Source: Octopus sinensis | Lineage: Eukaryota | Assembly: GCF_006345805.1 (NCBI RefSeq) | Contig: NC_043012.1 | Span: forward strand, 40,238,001 to 40,302,000 | DNA length: 64,000 nucleotides | Direction of reading: 5' to 3' | Part shown: positions 38,238 to 54,639 of the stretch, piece by piece | Numbering within the stretch: the stretch's first letter is position 1 | Layout: the number at the start of each line of letters is the position of its first letter | Notes under the pieces: generated by a model | What the model was told of the DNA's origin: nothing | The model's input: the letters and a program-made list of their open reading frames with translations, nothing else | The model's database searches: none | Translations under genes and position numbers: made by a program

Positions 38238-39215
38238 CTTCTTCTTCTTCTTCTTCTTGGTCTTCTTCGTCTTCTCCTTCTTTTTCTTCTCCTCCTCCTC
38301 CTTCTTCTTCTCCGTCTTCTTCTTCTTCTCCTTCTTTTTCTTCTTCTTCTCCGTCTTCTTTTCTCTTCTCTTTTTCTTCTTCTTCTCCTTCGTTTTCCTT
38401 CTTTTTCTTCTTCTTCTTCTTCTTCTTCTTCTTCTTCTTCTTCCTCCTCCTCCTTCCTCCTTCTTCTTCTTCTTCTTCTTCGTCTTCTTCTTCTTCTTCT
38501 CTTCTCTTCCTCCTCCTCCTCCTCCTCTCCTTCTCCTTCTTCGGTCGTCTTCTTCTCTCGTCTTCTTATCTTCTTCTTCGTCTTCTTCTCTTCGTTCTTC
38601 TTCTTCTTCTCTCTTCTTCTTCTGTCTTCTTCCTCCTTCTCTTCTTCCGCCCCTCCTTCTTCCTCCTCCTCCTCCTTCCTTCTTCTTCCTCCTCCTCCTC
38701 CTCCTCCTTCTTCTCTTCTCCTTCTCTTCTCCAACTCTTCTTCTTCTTCTTCTCTTCCTTCTTCTCCTTCTTCTTCTTTCTTCTCTTTTCTTCTTCTTCT
38801 CCTCCGTCTTCTTCTTCTTCTTCTTCTCCTTCTTTTTCTTCTTCTTCTTCTTCTTCTTCTTCTTCCTCCTCCTCCTCCTTCTTCGTCTTCTTCTTCTTCG
38901 TCTTCTTCTTCTTCTTCTTCTTCTTCCTCCTCCTCCTCCTCCTCCTCCTTCTTCGTCTTCTTCTTCGTCTTCTTCTTCTTCGTCTTCTTCTTCTTCTTCT
39001 TCTTCTTCCCCTCCTCCTCCTTCTTCTTCCTCCCCTCCTTCTTCCTCCTCCTCCTCCTTCTTCTTCCTCCTCCTCCTCCTCCTCCTTCTTCTTCCACTTC
39101 TTCTTCTTCTTCTCCTTCTTCTTCTTCTTCTTCTTCCTAATCCTTTTTTCTGCCCCTTCTGGGGCATAGGGCCTCAACATTTGTTTTCCACTTTTTGCGG
39201 TCATTGACATGCAAA
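38238..39215 (-). mobile_element. Very short RTE-like LINE 3' end (39137-39215) with an about 900-bp degenerate (GAA/GGA)n tail
   Basis: The minus strand reads NDRKKWKTNVEALCPRRGRKKD* and runs directly into (GAA)n. Confidence 0.6.
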
Positions 39216-40404
39216 AGCCGAATATCCTTCGCTCAGAGTAACACGTTTACGACGACACTGGATCTTCACAAAGATTCTGCGATGAAGAAGGAAAGAAGAA
39301 CGAAGCAAGCAAAGAATCTCAATAACCCTATTATAAATATCATCAGGAGTAGCTGTGTGGTAAGTAGCTTGCTTACCAACCACATGGTTCCGGGTTCAGT
39401 CCCACTGCGTGGCATCTTGGGCAAGTATCTTCTGCTATAGCCCCGGGCCGACCAATGCCTTGTGAGTGAATTTGGTTGACGGAAACTGAAAGAAGCCTGT
39501 CGTATATATGTATATATATATATATATCTATTATATGTGTGTGGTGTGTGTGTGTGTGTTGTTTGTGTGTCTGTGTTTGTCCCCCTAGCATTGCTTGACA
39601 ACCGATGCTGGTGTGTTTACGTCCCCGTCACTTAGCGGTTCGGCAAAAGAGACTGATAGATAAGTACTGGCTTCAAAGAATAAGTCCCGGGGTCGATTTG
39701 CTCGACTAAAGGCGGTGCTCCAGCATGACCGCAGTCAAATGACTGAAACAAGTAAAAGAGTAAAATGTATAAAGCAAAAAGATGTTCGCTATAACAATAT
39801 ATCCGGCCGGGCATAAGTTTAACCGGGGACACTGCTTCATAGAGCCGCCCTAGTTTCTTACCGTGGAACAGTGGACGAGGAAATTATAAAAGAAAGGTAA
39901 ACGAGGCTTAGATATTCACTTTCTTCCTTATTTTTTTTTTTTGTATCATGAATTATATTTTATATGAATCTCCATATATTTATTGATGGACAACAGCTGA
40001 CTGATAATGATATATCTGGTTGACGTCAGGACATTGTTTTATCTGTCTTCCTTTACCGGGAATACACCGGCACAGCTGGTCTCTCATGGAACCACCCAAA
40101 TTCCCCCCAGGATGAGATTCTTAAAGACTGTTCCGTGGTATTTCAGGTTTCTGCAGCCAGATAAACTCGGAACCCATTGCTGTGATGGATGGACATTATT
40201 AACCACTGATCTACCAGTTAATATTTGTTTTCTTCTTGTGGCAGTCATTGCTTAGAGTTTTACTTTCAGTTTTATCTTTGTTGCAGACAAAAGTGAAAGT
40301 AAGGCACATCGCCTCAAAGATCGCTCCAATATACATATATTTATGCATTACAACATAACATCCCCACACACACACATACATATATTTATATATATATTAT
40401 ATAT

Positions 40405-40436
<32 letters not shown>

Positions 40437-40599
40437 ATATATATATAACATTATTGGTGAATTGAACGCCAGATGGCGGTTGCAACGCCAGATGGTTGTA
40501 CCTCCAACGTGCTGTTTACTGCTGTGATTTTTGCTACTAAGGTATCGGTTAAACTTTTGATTAATCTACTACAAGATTATTCATCTTTCTATTTCACAT

Positions 40600-40637
<38 letters not shown>

Positions 40638-41227
40638 ATCTATAATATAAGGGTAAAGACCCCCTTCGGTCATGACTGACCCTGGGATTGCACCTAGAAA
40701 GTTACCCTCCTAGACACAAGTCCGGGCAAGGTTGTTTATGGAAGACCAGCAGTCGCCCATGCATACCAGCCTCCCCTCTCCACGCCACCAGTGTTATCCA
40801 AGGGAAAGGCAAAGGGCCCGATACAGCTTGGCACCAGTGACGTCGCAACTCATTTCTACAGCTGAGTGAACTGGAGCAACGTGCAATAAAGTGCCTTGCT
40901 CAAGAACACAACACGCATATATTGTTATATTTCGGAATGGTCATTTTGCCAGTTTAGCCAATAAAAACAACAAATATTTAAACGTATATATATAACGTTT
41001 AGTAGATGAAATCTTAGCGACTGAAGAAGGGGGTTTTTTCGTTGTGCTTATTGTCCTGTATCTCTCTTTTTTTTTGCTTGTCTTGTTCCTTGGTTTGTGT
41101 CTATGTGTTTCGTCTCTCTATGTGTTCGACGTCCTTTTGGTGTCCTGTACACATATATGCGTGTATATGTACATGTAGAGGTAGGTACGTACATATGTTT
41201 ATATATATGCATATGTTCTATTTTATT

Positions 41228-41316
<89 letters not shown>

Positions 41317-42693
41317 GCGTCGCGTTGGGCTTGCTCACTATCAATGGCATTTCTGACTTTTCCACCCCTGACCTCTCAGCTGACTACTCAGTCCTGTGGC
41401 AGATGTGCATGGTTTGGAGCAGAAGTGACAGACGAAAGTTGTAATTTGTGCGCTTCCACCTGGTTAGGTCTGCACGCGTTGCCATTCTTCTGTCGCCATA
41501 TTCACTGTAGTGGACGGAATGACAAATGAGGTCACCATAAAGAGACATCTGTACATTGGATCATAGTGATAGACGCTTGTGCAACACAAGAGCCACTTGT
41601 GTTATATAACATAGATGTCCATATACATAGATACATACATACAAATATATACACGCACACATTTATATACATGCATATTTATATATATTCCTACATGCAT
41701 GCATGCATACAGATACATACATGCGTGTGTACATATGTAGATGCATATATGCATACTTACATGAATAGGCGGAGGTAAAGAATGCGTACACCACCCTTTT
41801 TCGGCGTAGCAAAAACCTTAACGCCAACCATAGGGTGTACGGATTCTTTACTTTCGCCCCTTAATGCATTCATGGAGGTGGACATGCATACATGCAAGTA
41901 TATGCATGCATGGATGCTTACATACAGGCATACATGTATGTATGTGTGTGTCATCAATATATATATTTATTTATTGCCCACAGGGGGCTAAACATAGAGG
42001 GGACAAACAAAGGGATTAGTCGATTACATTGATCCCAGTGTGTAACTGGTACTTATTTAATCGACCCCGAAAGGATGAAAGGCAAAGTCGACATCGGCGG
42101 AGTTTGAACTCAGAACGTAACCGCAGACGAAATACTGCTAAGCATTTCGCCCGGCGTGCTAACGATTCAGCCAGCTCGATGCCCTCATCAATATATCAAT
42201 ATATATATTGTTGAAGAAAATATACACCGGCTTTATAAACGGAGTTCTTTGACAGATTTGTTCTACATCGAGTTACAAACACTCCCTTTGTCAACCTGGC
42301 CGCCGCTAGAATGCAGTTTCCAGTTGGAAAACTAAAAGCAACGACAATAATCTTTTCCAATTGCTATATAGGAACTAAATATCTCCAGGAGACCGCCAAA
42401 TTTACTGAATAACGATTGGGCGTTCCAGCTGTGACCACCCCCACCTTTTTAAGGAGATAAGTTGTGATTTAGAGGAGATTTGGCTGTTATTTCTAACAGA
42501 TGACTGGAGCACTTGGAAATTTCTTCATTGGCTCAATTTTACTTTGGTACAAAAATAGTTTTCTGCTTTGCTGTGACTTTAGGGATTTTAGCTGTTATTT
42601 CTTGCATAGCGCAGTGGTTCTTATACTTAGTTTGTCACAGCACCCTGATACCATTTTAAGAAATACTCCCCCCACCAAAAAAAAAAAAAATAG

Positions 42694-43119
42694 GGCAATC
42701 TTTCGTCTCTAGTAGACCTTTCCGTCAATTTCCGTAAAAATTTTTTTTTTATTTTTACATATGGGCTTGCGGGAACTTTTGAAGTAATGAGAGCGAAAGA
42801 GACTTAAGAGAAAGCCATTTTATGACGAGGGAAGTTCTTTTGAAGTTACCGTTCAGGGGAAGCATTGATGATGTACATGTGTGTGTGTGTTGTGTTTTGA
42901 TGGGGTGTGGGAGACAGACAGTATGTTGTGTAAGTGAAGTGCTTCTGTTAGTGTGTGTGAAGAGACAGAGTATGTGTGAAAGAGATAACTGAAATTTTTT
43001 ACTCGGTGTATGTGTATATGTATGTATATTACTTCAAAAGTTCGCAAGCCCATATGTAAAAAAAAAAAAAATTTTTTACGGAAATTGACGGAAAGGTCTA
43101 CTAGAGACGAAAGATCGCC
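42694..43119. mobile_element. MITE with about 95-bp TIRs and an 8-bp target-site duplication
   Basis: TIR GGC(A/G)ATCTTTCGTCTCTAGTAGACCTTTCCGTCAATTTCCGTAAAAA..ACATATGGGCTTGCG..AACTTTTGAAGTAAT; AAAAATAG at both 42686-42693 and 43120-43127. Confidence 0.88.
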
Positions 43120-43566
43120 AAAAATAGTTATATTTTATAGACAAACCATGTCGCCTTTTAAAAAAGACGTTGAATAAAACAAAAAAATTGTTTTGGCGGG
43201 AAAAGTTGTCCAATATATTTTTTTTAAAAACCCATAAAATAACAAAATATTATTTCTAAATGGTGAATGACATTTTTTTATGAACTGAATTTCAAAATTT
43301 TATTTTAAAAAGGCAAACAACCTACGCCAGTCCCTCCTCCGACTTTGTTTCCTCACTATTTCCAGGAAAATGGATATATTTAATGAAATTTTCTACAAAT
43401 AGCTTCAGATGGGATAATTACAATTATATCGGATTTGGTTGTGAAAAAATTTTCCGTGGTTTGGGAGATTTTCTGAAAATTCACACGAGTCGGTTTGTTT
43501 CTTCATAACTTTCAGAAAAAATTATATTTTTTGATGAGATTTTCTACAACTACGTTTCAAAGTGTG

Positions 43567-43979
43567 GGATCTTTTCGGTTTGAACGGCAGTTTTTTCTCG
43601 CGGTGTCATATGAAATTGTCACCCATAATTATTACCCTAGTATCAATCTATTGCATTTCAATCTGTCTTAGGGTTAGGGTTAGGGGGAAGGGTATTTTTT
43701 TTATCTTTAGAAATGTAAATAAACCCAATCTGTTTCTTAAACGAGGGACATATTCATACGGCACAGAATGTTTTCACCTCAATAAACGTCATTGATTGGT
43801 TGAAATTGCAGAAAGTGAAGAAAAAAAAACAACAAATATCTTACAAACTATAGAATTTTCTCAATAACGCCAAGAGAAAAAGATGTTTTATAAACACATT
43901 CTACCCGTATACGAAGTTTAAAAGTGTTTAGTTACGTGGAAATTATTTTTAAAAACTGCCTTTCAAACCGAAAAGATCC
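43567..43979. mobile_element. MITE with about 29-bp TIRs, an 8-bp target-site duplication and internal (TTAGGG)3
   Basis: GGATCTTTTCGGTTTGAACGGCAGTTTTT ... AAAAACTGCCTTTCAAACCGAAAAGATCC; AAAGTGTG at both 43559-43566 and 43980-43987. Confidence 0.88.
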
Positions 43980-44114
43980 AAAGTGTGTAGATTAGGATTA
44001 TATTTTTTTTTTAAATAAAAAAAAACCCCCCACAAAATTGGTAGTCTTGCACACATACATACACACATCACATACATCTATGAAATGAAACTTGAAATTT
44101 CGAAAAATATTCTG

Positions 44115-44152
<38 letters not shown>

Positions 44153-46068
44153 AGAGAGAGAGAGAGAGAGAGATATCAGCATTTTTCTTTCTACATTAAA
44201 TTTCGATGTGATTGTAAGTTACTCACTCTGAAAAGTATTTGCAGAAAGTTTCATTTAAAAATAGCCATTTTGTTTTTCTTCTCTGAAAGTTATCAGGAAA
44301 GAAGACCCATTCACGTGAATTTTTAGAAACTCCTCTCCCTACTTCGGAATTTTTTTTCTTTCTTTCACAACAAATTCAGGCATGATTGGAATCCACACCA
44401 TCTGAAGCCTTTTTTTTTTTTTTTTTCATTAAAAATATACATTTTTCTAGAAGTTATGAAGAAGCAAAATCGGTGATGGGTTCCACTTATGTAGATATGC
44501 ACCCCCTCCAAAAAAAGAAAAAAAAACGTTTATCTTGAAGCTTGGAATTGTTTTCGCGAAGCCCATTTCGTGATGTCCCTTCGTTGGGTTGGGTTTTTGG
44601 TGTTCGTTGATGAGGGCAGACGATGTGTGTTTAAGAAGTTTACTTCTCACCCGATCCGACGATGTGACCAAGTCATACTTTGGACAAGATTTTTTTTTTT
44701 GTCTTTTGTTTTAGTTTCTTGTCTACCAAAACTGAATGAAATTTGGCAAACGGGAACTGGACGCTGCTTGTGTCTAATTGATTTGACGTAAAGTTAAAGA
44801 CTTAATATAACTCCCACACACACACACACACATACACACTTTAGCACCACTTTGGTGCGTGTGTGTCTTTTACTGGAAATCATACAGTTTTGGAAACGTC
44901 GTCTCTTTTAAAAGACGATGAAGAAACAGCAGTTGCTTCCTTCAACCAAACACACGTCGTTGATTGGTTGAAATTACCCAAATAACTTCTAAAATACCAA
45001 ATTTTGTCAAAAATGTTCAAAGTAAACCGTGTTGTGTGTGAGACATTCCACCAGTATACAAAGTTTCAAACTACAGAATCAGGAAAACGGCGACCTGGTA
45101 GAATCGGTAGAGCATCGGACAAACAAAAAATGGAGAGGAGGATTGGCAGTATTTGTTCCGGTTCTTAATGTTTTGAGTTCAAATCATGTCACCGCCAAGT
45201 TTTCTTTTCATTCTTTCTGGGTCGATAAACTGAACTGGTCAACAAACTCCTTTCCATTAAAATTGTTGGCTCTGGGCCTAAATTAGAAACCAATATTTTA
45301 ATGAGTCGAAGCGATGAAATCGTGTGAGCTTGATAACAAAATTCGACAAAACTAACTTACTGCCCACCCACTTCTGATTTTGTTTCTTCAAAAGCTACTT
45401 AAAAAATAATTCATTTTTGAAATGAAATTTTACAAAAATACGTTTTCGATGATGTAGATTACGATTGTGTCGAATGAATTTTTTTGGTAGTTTTTATCAT
45501 TAATTTTATTGCAAAAGAAACGAAGTCTGTACGTTTTTAGCCATTGAATAACTTTATTGCGCAATATAAATGACGTCGGACGAGAAAGAAGATCAAGACT
45601 CGTTGCCGGATGGTTTTTGTTTCCAATATTTTCGATCTGTAACTGTCGTAGGAGGAGACTAGTTTGTCGATATTCTTATCAATCAATACTTTTGATTTGT
45701 ATTGAAGTCAGTTAAATATTAACACGGAAGTTTTTCTCTCTTCGCTCTGCTACTGTTATTGGGTGACATTAAAGTGGATATCGTGAACTTTTATTTTTTT
45801 ACGTTATGGGTCCATCATTAACAAGTTGTTGAATGGTGAAAAAAAAGTATGAATTTCTTTTGTGAACGAAAAAAAAATTGAAACAAACAAACAAAAATCA
45901 GTTATAATAGCAGGAGTGGCTGTATGGTAAGAAGCTTGCTTCGTAACCACATGGTTCCTGGTTCAGTCCCACTGCGTAGCACCTTGGGCAAGTGTCTTCT
46001 ACTATAGCTTCAGACCAACCAAAGCCTTGTAGTGAATTTGGTAGAAGGAAACTGAGAGAACCCCGTCG

Positions 46069-46132
<64 letters not shown>

Positions 46133-46579
46133 TCCCCCAACCACCATCACTTGACAACCGATGTTATTGTGTTTCCGTCTCCGTAACTTAGCGGTTCGGC
46201 TAAAGAGACCGATAGAATAAGTACTAGGCTTACAAAGAATAAGTCCTGGGGTCGATTTGTTCGACTAAAGGCAATGCTCCAGCATGGCCACAGTCAAAAC
46301 GACTGAGACAAGTGGACGAAAAGAATAAATACAATCTTAATTTATACCTCCAATAATATATGTCTGCTAATTTTAATTAAAAACATCATAAGAAAGTTAT
46401 GAGGAAACAAAGTCGGATAGGGTGAGTAGTAAACTGGTTATGCCTCAGATTTCTAGCGGGTCATAGTTGCTCTTATTTTAGATTCTTTTTGAGGACAAGA
46501 GTTGATAAAATAAAGTACGACATTGAGATCGATATAATCGGCTGTTAGCCGACCTCCCACTCTCGGAAGAAACAAATGT

Positions 46580-46860
46580 TACCTGTACGATTCAACAGCG
46601 TCGGCTTCGAATGATTGCTTGGACTATTTGATGATGTTGCTCGATTTTACGAGTTGGATCCTGTGTACCATGCTCTCTCTTCTGATATTGGGCTGACGGC
46701 TTGTGTCGATCGGCCACATGTCACATGGTCATGGAGGATGAGGAAGTATCATGTAGAGATGGGAACCGACTGGGACACTGCTCGTTGGATTGCCCAGGAC
46801 GATTCGAACAAAGACCGCGCATGCTCCTATGCCTGACCTGACCTGATGTGACCTGACTTT
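46580..46860 (+). mobile_element. 3' end of an RTE-like LINE with a (GACCT)n tail
   Basis: Decayed C-terminal motifs TCTIQQRRLR / DDVARF.E.DP.Y / DRPHVTW / MG.DWDTARWIAQD, followed by CCTGA/GACCT tandem repeats. Confidence 0.6.
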
Positions 46861-46976
46861 GACCCTATTTTAGGCATCAATACGAGGGATGTCTTGAAAT
46901 TAAAGCGTAAATGGGCGTAACTACTTTATTAACCGATATTGATCGTTCATTATGCACATGTTAATAGAATAACTCT

Positions 46977-47109
46977 CTTCTTCTTCTTCTTCTTCTTCTT
47001 CTTCTTCTTCTTCTTCTTCTTCTTCTCTTCTTCTTCTTCTCTTCTTCTTCTTCTTCTTCTTCTTCTTCTTCTTCTTCTTCTTCTTCTTCTTCTTCTTTCT
47101 TCTTCTTCT
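46977..47109. repeat. (CTT)n microsatellite
   Basis: Read directly from the sequence. Confidence 0.97.
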
Positions 47110-47116
47110 CGAAGAA

Positions 47117-47878
47117 GGCGGCGAGCTGGCAGAATCGTTAGCACGCCGGGCGAAATGCGTGGCCGTATTTCGTCTGCCGCCACGTTCTGAGTTGAAATTC
47201 CGCCGAGGTCGACTTTGCCTTTCATCCTTTTGAGGTCGATAAATTAAGTACCAGTTACGCACTGGGGTTGATATAATCGACTTAATCCGTTTGTCTGTCC
47301 TTGTTTGTCCTCTTTGTGCTTAGCCCCTTGTGGGTAGTAAAGAAATAGGTATTGCGTCTGTCGCTACGTTCTGAGTTCAAATTCCGCCGAGGTCGACTTT
47401 GCCTTTCATTCTTTTGAGGTCGATAAATTAAGTACCAGTTACGCACTGGGGTTGATATAATCGACTTAATCCGTTTGTCTGTCCTTGTTTGTCCTCTTTG
47501 TGTTTAGCCCCTTGTGGGTAGTAAAGAAATAGGTATTTCGTCTGTCGCTACGTTCTGAGTTCAAATTCCGCCGAGGTCGACTTTGCCTTTCATCCTTTTG
47601 GGGTCGATAAATTAAGTACCAGTTACGCACTTGGGTCGATATAATCGACTTAATCCGTTTGTCTGCCCTTGTTTGTCCTCTTTGTGTTTAGCCCCTTGTG
47701 AGTAGTAAAGAAATAGTTATTTCGTCTGTCGCTACGTTCTGAATTCAAATTTCGCCGAGGTCGACTTTGCCTTTCGGGGTCGATGAAATAAGTACCAGTT
47801 ACACACTGGGGTCGATGTAATCAACTGCCCCCCTCCCCCCCAAATTTTTTTATGCCTTGTGCCTAGAGTAGAAAGGAT
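47117..47878 (+). repeat. tRNA-headed SINE whose body is amplified into a 184-bp tandem array (3 full units plus a partial fourth)
   Basis: Unit starts (G/T)TATT(T/G)CGTCTG at 47165, 47349, 47533 and 47717, exactly 184 bp apart; the units are nearly identical. Confidence 0.92.
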
Positions 47879-50239
47879 TAAGTTATTGACAAAGGAGCGT
47901 CGCAGGTTGTCCGACTTCCACAAAAGGCTACAACTTGTTTAATGGAGATAACACCACTGACAGGAACAATGTGTAGAGATGGATAGAGAATTGTAAAGAA
48001 GAGGAAAAACACGATATGGGCGACCATCAGCTGCATTCACTGACACGAATCGCGAGCGAGTGAATGAATTGATTTATGTGTATAGACAAGTCATAGAGGT
48101 TTCTATGCAACGGAACTATAGTCGTGATACATTACAAAAGATGGCCGACATTCGATTTGAAGGAGAAAAATTGGAAATCTACTCGAAGCCAATGAAGACA
48201 CGTTCATTTATTTTCCGAAATGGTAACGGGATGAAACGTAGCCCGTATCTTTATGACCCGAGGAAGAAGTCTGAGGCAATGGAAGAGCGGCACACCTCTT
48301 ACTCAAGGTTGAAGAGGTTCAAGAGCCAGCGATGATTATTTTAGGGAGTGACAAAGACGTCCTTCTCCTTGGTTTTCCTGGAACGAGGCTCTACTGTGAA
48401 AAGCAAGTGGTAAACTGAGACACTCGGAAAGACAAGACAAGCTTTTAGAAGGAAGAGATCGATACCAGGCTCTGAAGATTATCCAATTTCACCATGACAG
48501 TGTATCTTCACCACACATCTTTGGCAACCAACCAGGCAATCGGCGAGTTTGGACGGTCATTGATGACCCACCCACCACACAGCCTGGATCTGGCGTCTTC
48601 CTAAGTTCACCTGTTCGGCCCAATAAAGGACAGTTTTTCGGGGGCAACGATTTCAATACAGACGAGGTAAAAATGGCTGTGAAGAAGTGGGTTGAACAGT
48701 GCGTATCTGAATTGTTTTCAAAGAAGATTCGCGAGTTGGGCCCAAAGATGAGGCGAATGCATCGCCTGTGATGGAGAATTTGTTGAGTAGGATTTCTGTA
48801 AAAAAGGAAAGATAACTCTACTAACATGTGCAATGTGAACAACTTTTGTCACCGAATTAAAAAAATGTTGTGCCCGCTTCTGCATTACTTTCGGCTATAA
48901 CCCTCGAATTTTGTAGAAAAACTAGTCTTTTTTGGTCACTTCTCAAATTTGTGGCTGTTTAGTTCTGGTTACCAAGTTTTTTTTTTAATTAAAAATAAAA
49001 GAAAAACAGACTTCATTACAGAATAGATTACCAAACTGGGTCAGCTGTGTATGTACTCAGATTTTCTGTCGAGTACATCCCCTGAGGACCATAGCTAGCG
49101 AAACGGCGATGAGGAAAGTCTGCTATGGGCGATGCTTTTATGAGCATAGAAAAAAGACGAGATAGTCACAGCTGGAATGTCCTTGGTCGTAAGCCTACTC
49201 GGTCAAGGCTAATTTGTTAAACAACGAAACTTAAACTAGGGCGCTTTTATGTGGTTATCCTACTTGCTAGAAATAACAGCGAAATCCCCCTCAAATCACG
49301 TTCTACCACTGTCTTAACCAAGGGAAAAACTCAGATAATATAGTCCTTCATATTTCTGAAAAGACATGGATGTCCTAGCTGGAATGTCACTAGTCGTAGA
49401 CCTCTGCTCAATGTGAGCTGAGTTAGGGCTAAACACACGCTGACTATTGGAGACATCTCCCTTAATGCTCTTCAAATTCTCCCATCCCTTATAAGGTATT
49501 TGACAACAGTCTAAGTCCAGAGGTCCAGTCCCATATATGGCGTCGGATCATACATCCATTTTCTCTGTCCATTATTCCTGGGAGGGTCATGGGGTAAAGT
49601 CCTCTGGTACCTCCTCCATATGGTTCTATCAGAAAGATGAAATGGAATAAAGATCCTTCCCTACTCCTATAGACTCATATGGCCGGTTTCTGTGGAGAAT
49701 ATATACTCCCCACCTGGACGGGACATCGGTCCTTTACAGGATTGTTCATTTTAGCCTGTTGAATGGACCGAAGCAACGTGAATTGAACACAACGCGGTTC
49801 TACTTTGGCGTGGGATCTACAATCAAAAGGGCAATTACTTAAGGTTACTTTTTTGTTTACTTTCCAATTTCTAAAAACTCTTAAGATGTTGGCTAAACAT
49901 TTTTTACAATAAATTCTTTTGTACACACTTAGCATTGTAAGTGTATTTTTCCAGAATTCTTACTATTTTAATAATAATAAAACCATGTTCCATTTATGTC
50001 TTAGTAAATAATTATAACCAAGAATAAACAATTTAATAAGCACGTAGATCATACAAGTTTGACAGTCGCGAGGTTTGTCACGGAAAGAAACTAAAGTAAT
50101 CGCCCTTGAAGCCGTAGATCCCACGCCAAAGTAGCACCCACAACACATCGCCCGGTCCAGGAATCGAAATCGGAATCTTACAGTCATGGGTCCATCATAC
50201 TAACCACCAAGTTACGTGTTACGTGCCTCCACCCCCTTT

Positions 50240-50545
50240 CAGAAACAACCGTCGTTACACTTCATTACACTTTCCGGTTGGATCCCTAAGCGCGACCAAC
50301 GGAGACCATGGATATTATTCGACCATCTCGTTTTGGCTCTACTCCAACGTGTTCTGGCGGTTGCTTCTTCGTCTTGAAGAATCCGTCTCACGATTCTTTC
50401 CTCTGACATTTCTATTCCTGTGTCTGTAGTACTGGGGTCATGATCTCTCAGTGCGGAGAAGCAACAACTCAACATGGAGAGAGTCCAGAAATCCTTCGGG
50501 ACATCAACATTTACCTAACGGGTGGTCGTCGATCTCGATCAGCCT
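50240..50545 (-). mobile_element. 3' coding fragment of an RTE/Rex3-like LINE
   Basis: Minus-strand frames give SLHVELLLLRTERS..Y.RH and MSEERIVRRIL..TRWS..L.WSRLGIQPE, resembling RTE C-termini. Confidence 0.65.
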
Positions 50546-50733
50546 GAAATACAAACATGTTCACTCTCTCAAATCATACGTTAGGAAAAGACATTAGGAA
50601 AAGACATTAGGTGATGGTCATCCTTGATATTTTATAAAAATATAAGACAGTCACGGTTGGAATGCCTTCGATTGTAAACCTGCCCGATCAGAAATGAACT
50701 GAAGCTAAATAACCTAAACAACAGATATCCATT

Positions 50734-50780
<47 letters not shown>

Positions 50781-50980
50781 ATATATAAACATCGTTATAT
50801 CTTTCAGTCTGTCTTCTCTTGTTAACATTTTGATATCTTCCATCTTTCTCTCTTTGTCTCAATCTCGACGTTACTTACATACTCTCTCTCCTTCTCTCTT
50901 CACAAAACTTTCCGTCTATTTCCTCTCACTCTCTCTCTCCTCCTTTCTCTCTAACATCTTTACATCTTCCCGCTTTCCGA

Positions 50981-51055
<75 letters not shown>

Positions 51056-51467
51056 AGTCTGTTCTTAATTTACATTCTCTCTCCGTGTGTGTGTTTCTCT
51101 CTCTTTCTTTTTCTCTCTTCATATAAATATCATTATATCTTCCAATCTGCCCCCCCTCTCTCTCTCCCATCTACTTTTACCTTAATTCTTTCCCTATCCA
51201 ATTTCCCTTTTTTCTCATCATATCTTTCTGTCTAATCCCGCTCCTTCTTTATATTACTCACTTTTATCTTCATCTTTATTCCCCCCTCTCTCTCTCTCTC
51301 CTCCACTCTCTCACTCTGAATTCCTCTTTTACTTTCTTCATCTCTCTCCCCTCACATTCTTATTTCATTCCATCATCGTCTTAACTTCTGCTCTCGTTTC
51401 TCTTTCTCCACCTCCTTATTCTCTCAATATCTTTTATTGTTTCTCTCGCTTTCTTCCTCTGATAAAA

Positions 51468-54004
<2,537 letters not shown>

Positions 54005-54639
54005 ATCTTTATACATTTTTGATTTCTATCTTTCTCTGTCACTCACATGAACTTTCTCGCTGAAACACACACACACACGAACAAACACACCACACAAACG
54101 CACACACATACACACATACACATACACACATAAACACACGCACATACACAAGCTGGTTTTTTTTGTCTCTCTCACTCGTCTGCCTCTCTTTCTATTTCTC
54201 TCTAATCACTATCTCTCTCTCTCTCTCTCTCACCACACCCTTAGTTATTTTCCCCCTCTCTCTCCCACCCTCTGTCTTTCTATCAATCCACCTCCTACTT
54301 TCATTCTCCCTCTTCCCCTCCCACCCCTCTTTATAATCCTCCTATATAAAAGAAAAACATTCTCCTTCATTTCAACGCAATTTTTCTCACATCTGCCTCG
54401 TTTATAATTATTCTCTTCTCCACCTCTTTATTTTATTTCTCTTATTAACACACTTTTACAGCAGTTAATTAATTCTATACGCACACACGCATCTATCTAT
54501 CTGTATATATATACACCAATACATATATAAATAATTAGGGTATAGAGTGAACTTCACTGCTGTATCCTGTTGTCCCACATAACAACAACAATAAACTTTT
54601 AATAGCATCTTGTTTTCCTTCAGTGCCCGTTTCTAAAAC

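Larger units (their letters stand above)
46883..48906 (+). mobile_element. Decayed mariner (DD34D-type) transposon interrupted by a (CTT)n tract and a SINE array
   Basis: Imperfect TIRs: (TA)CGAGGGATGTCTTGAAATTAAAGC versus reverse complement CGAGGGTTATAGCCGAAAGTAATGC. Frameshifted transposase remnants FHKRLQLV..GDNT.DRNNV.RW, YLYDP.KK..ME.RH, FHHD, THPPHSLDLASS..HLFGP.K, ECIACDGEFVE. Confidence 0.85.

Noticed and set aside
38184-39210. Four long ORFs (214-330 aa) of poly-R/K/E or poly-F/L/S
   Set aside because: Artefacts of a stop-free CTT/CCT microsatellite
47165-47830. Regularly spaced repeats that might suggest a CRISPR array
   Set aside because: Units are whole 184-bp near-identical copies with no unique spacers, derived from a SINE, in a eukaryotic context
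49082-49110. CTGAGGA...GAAA hammerhead-like boxes
   Set aside because: No convincing stem II, and no UH cleavage triplet after GAAA
50239-50475. 78-aa ORF considered as a host exon or a G6PD 5' exon
   Set aside because: The peptide matches RTE/Rex3-type LINE C-termini on the minus strand
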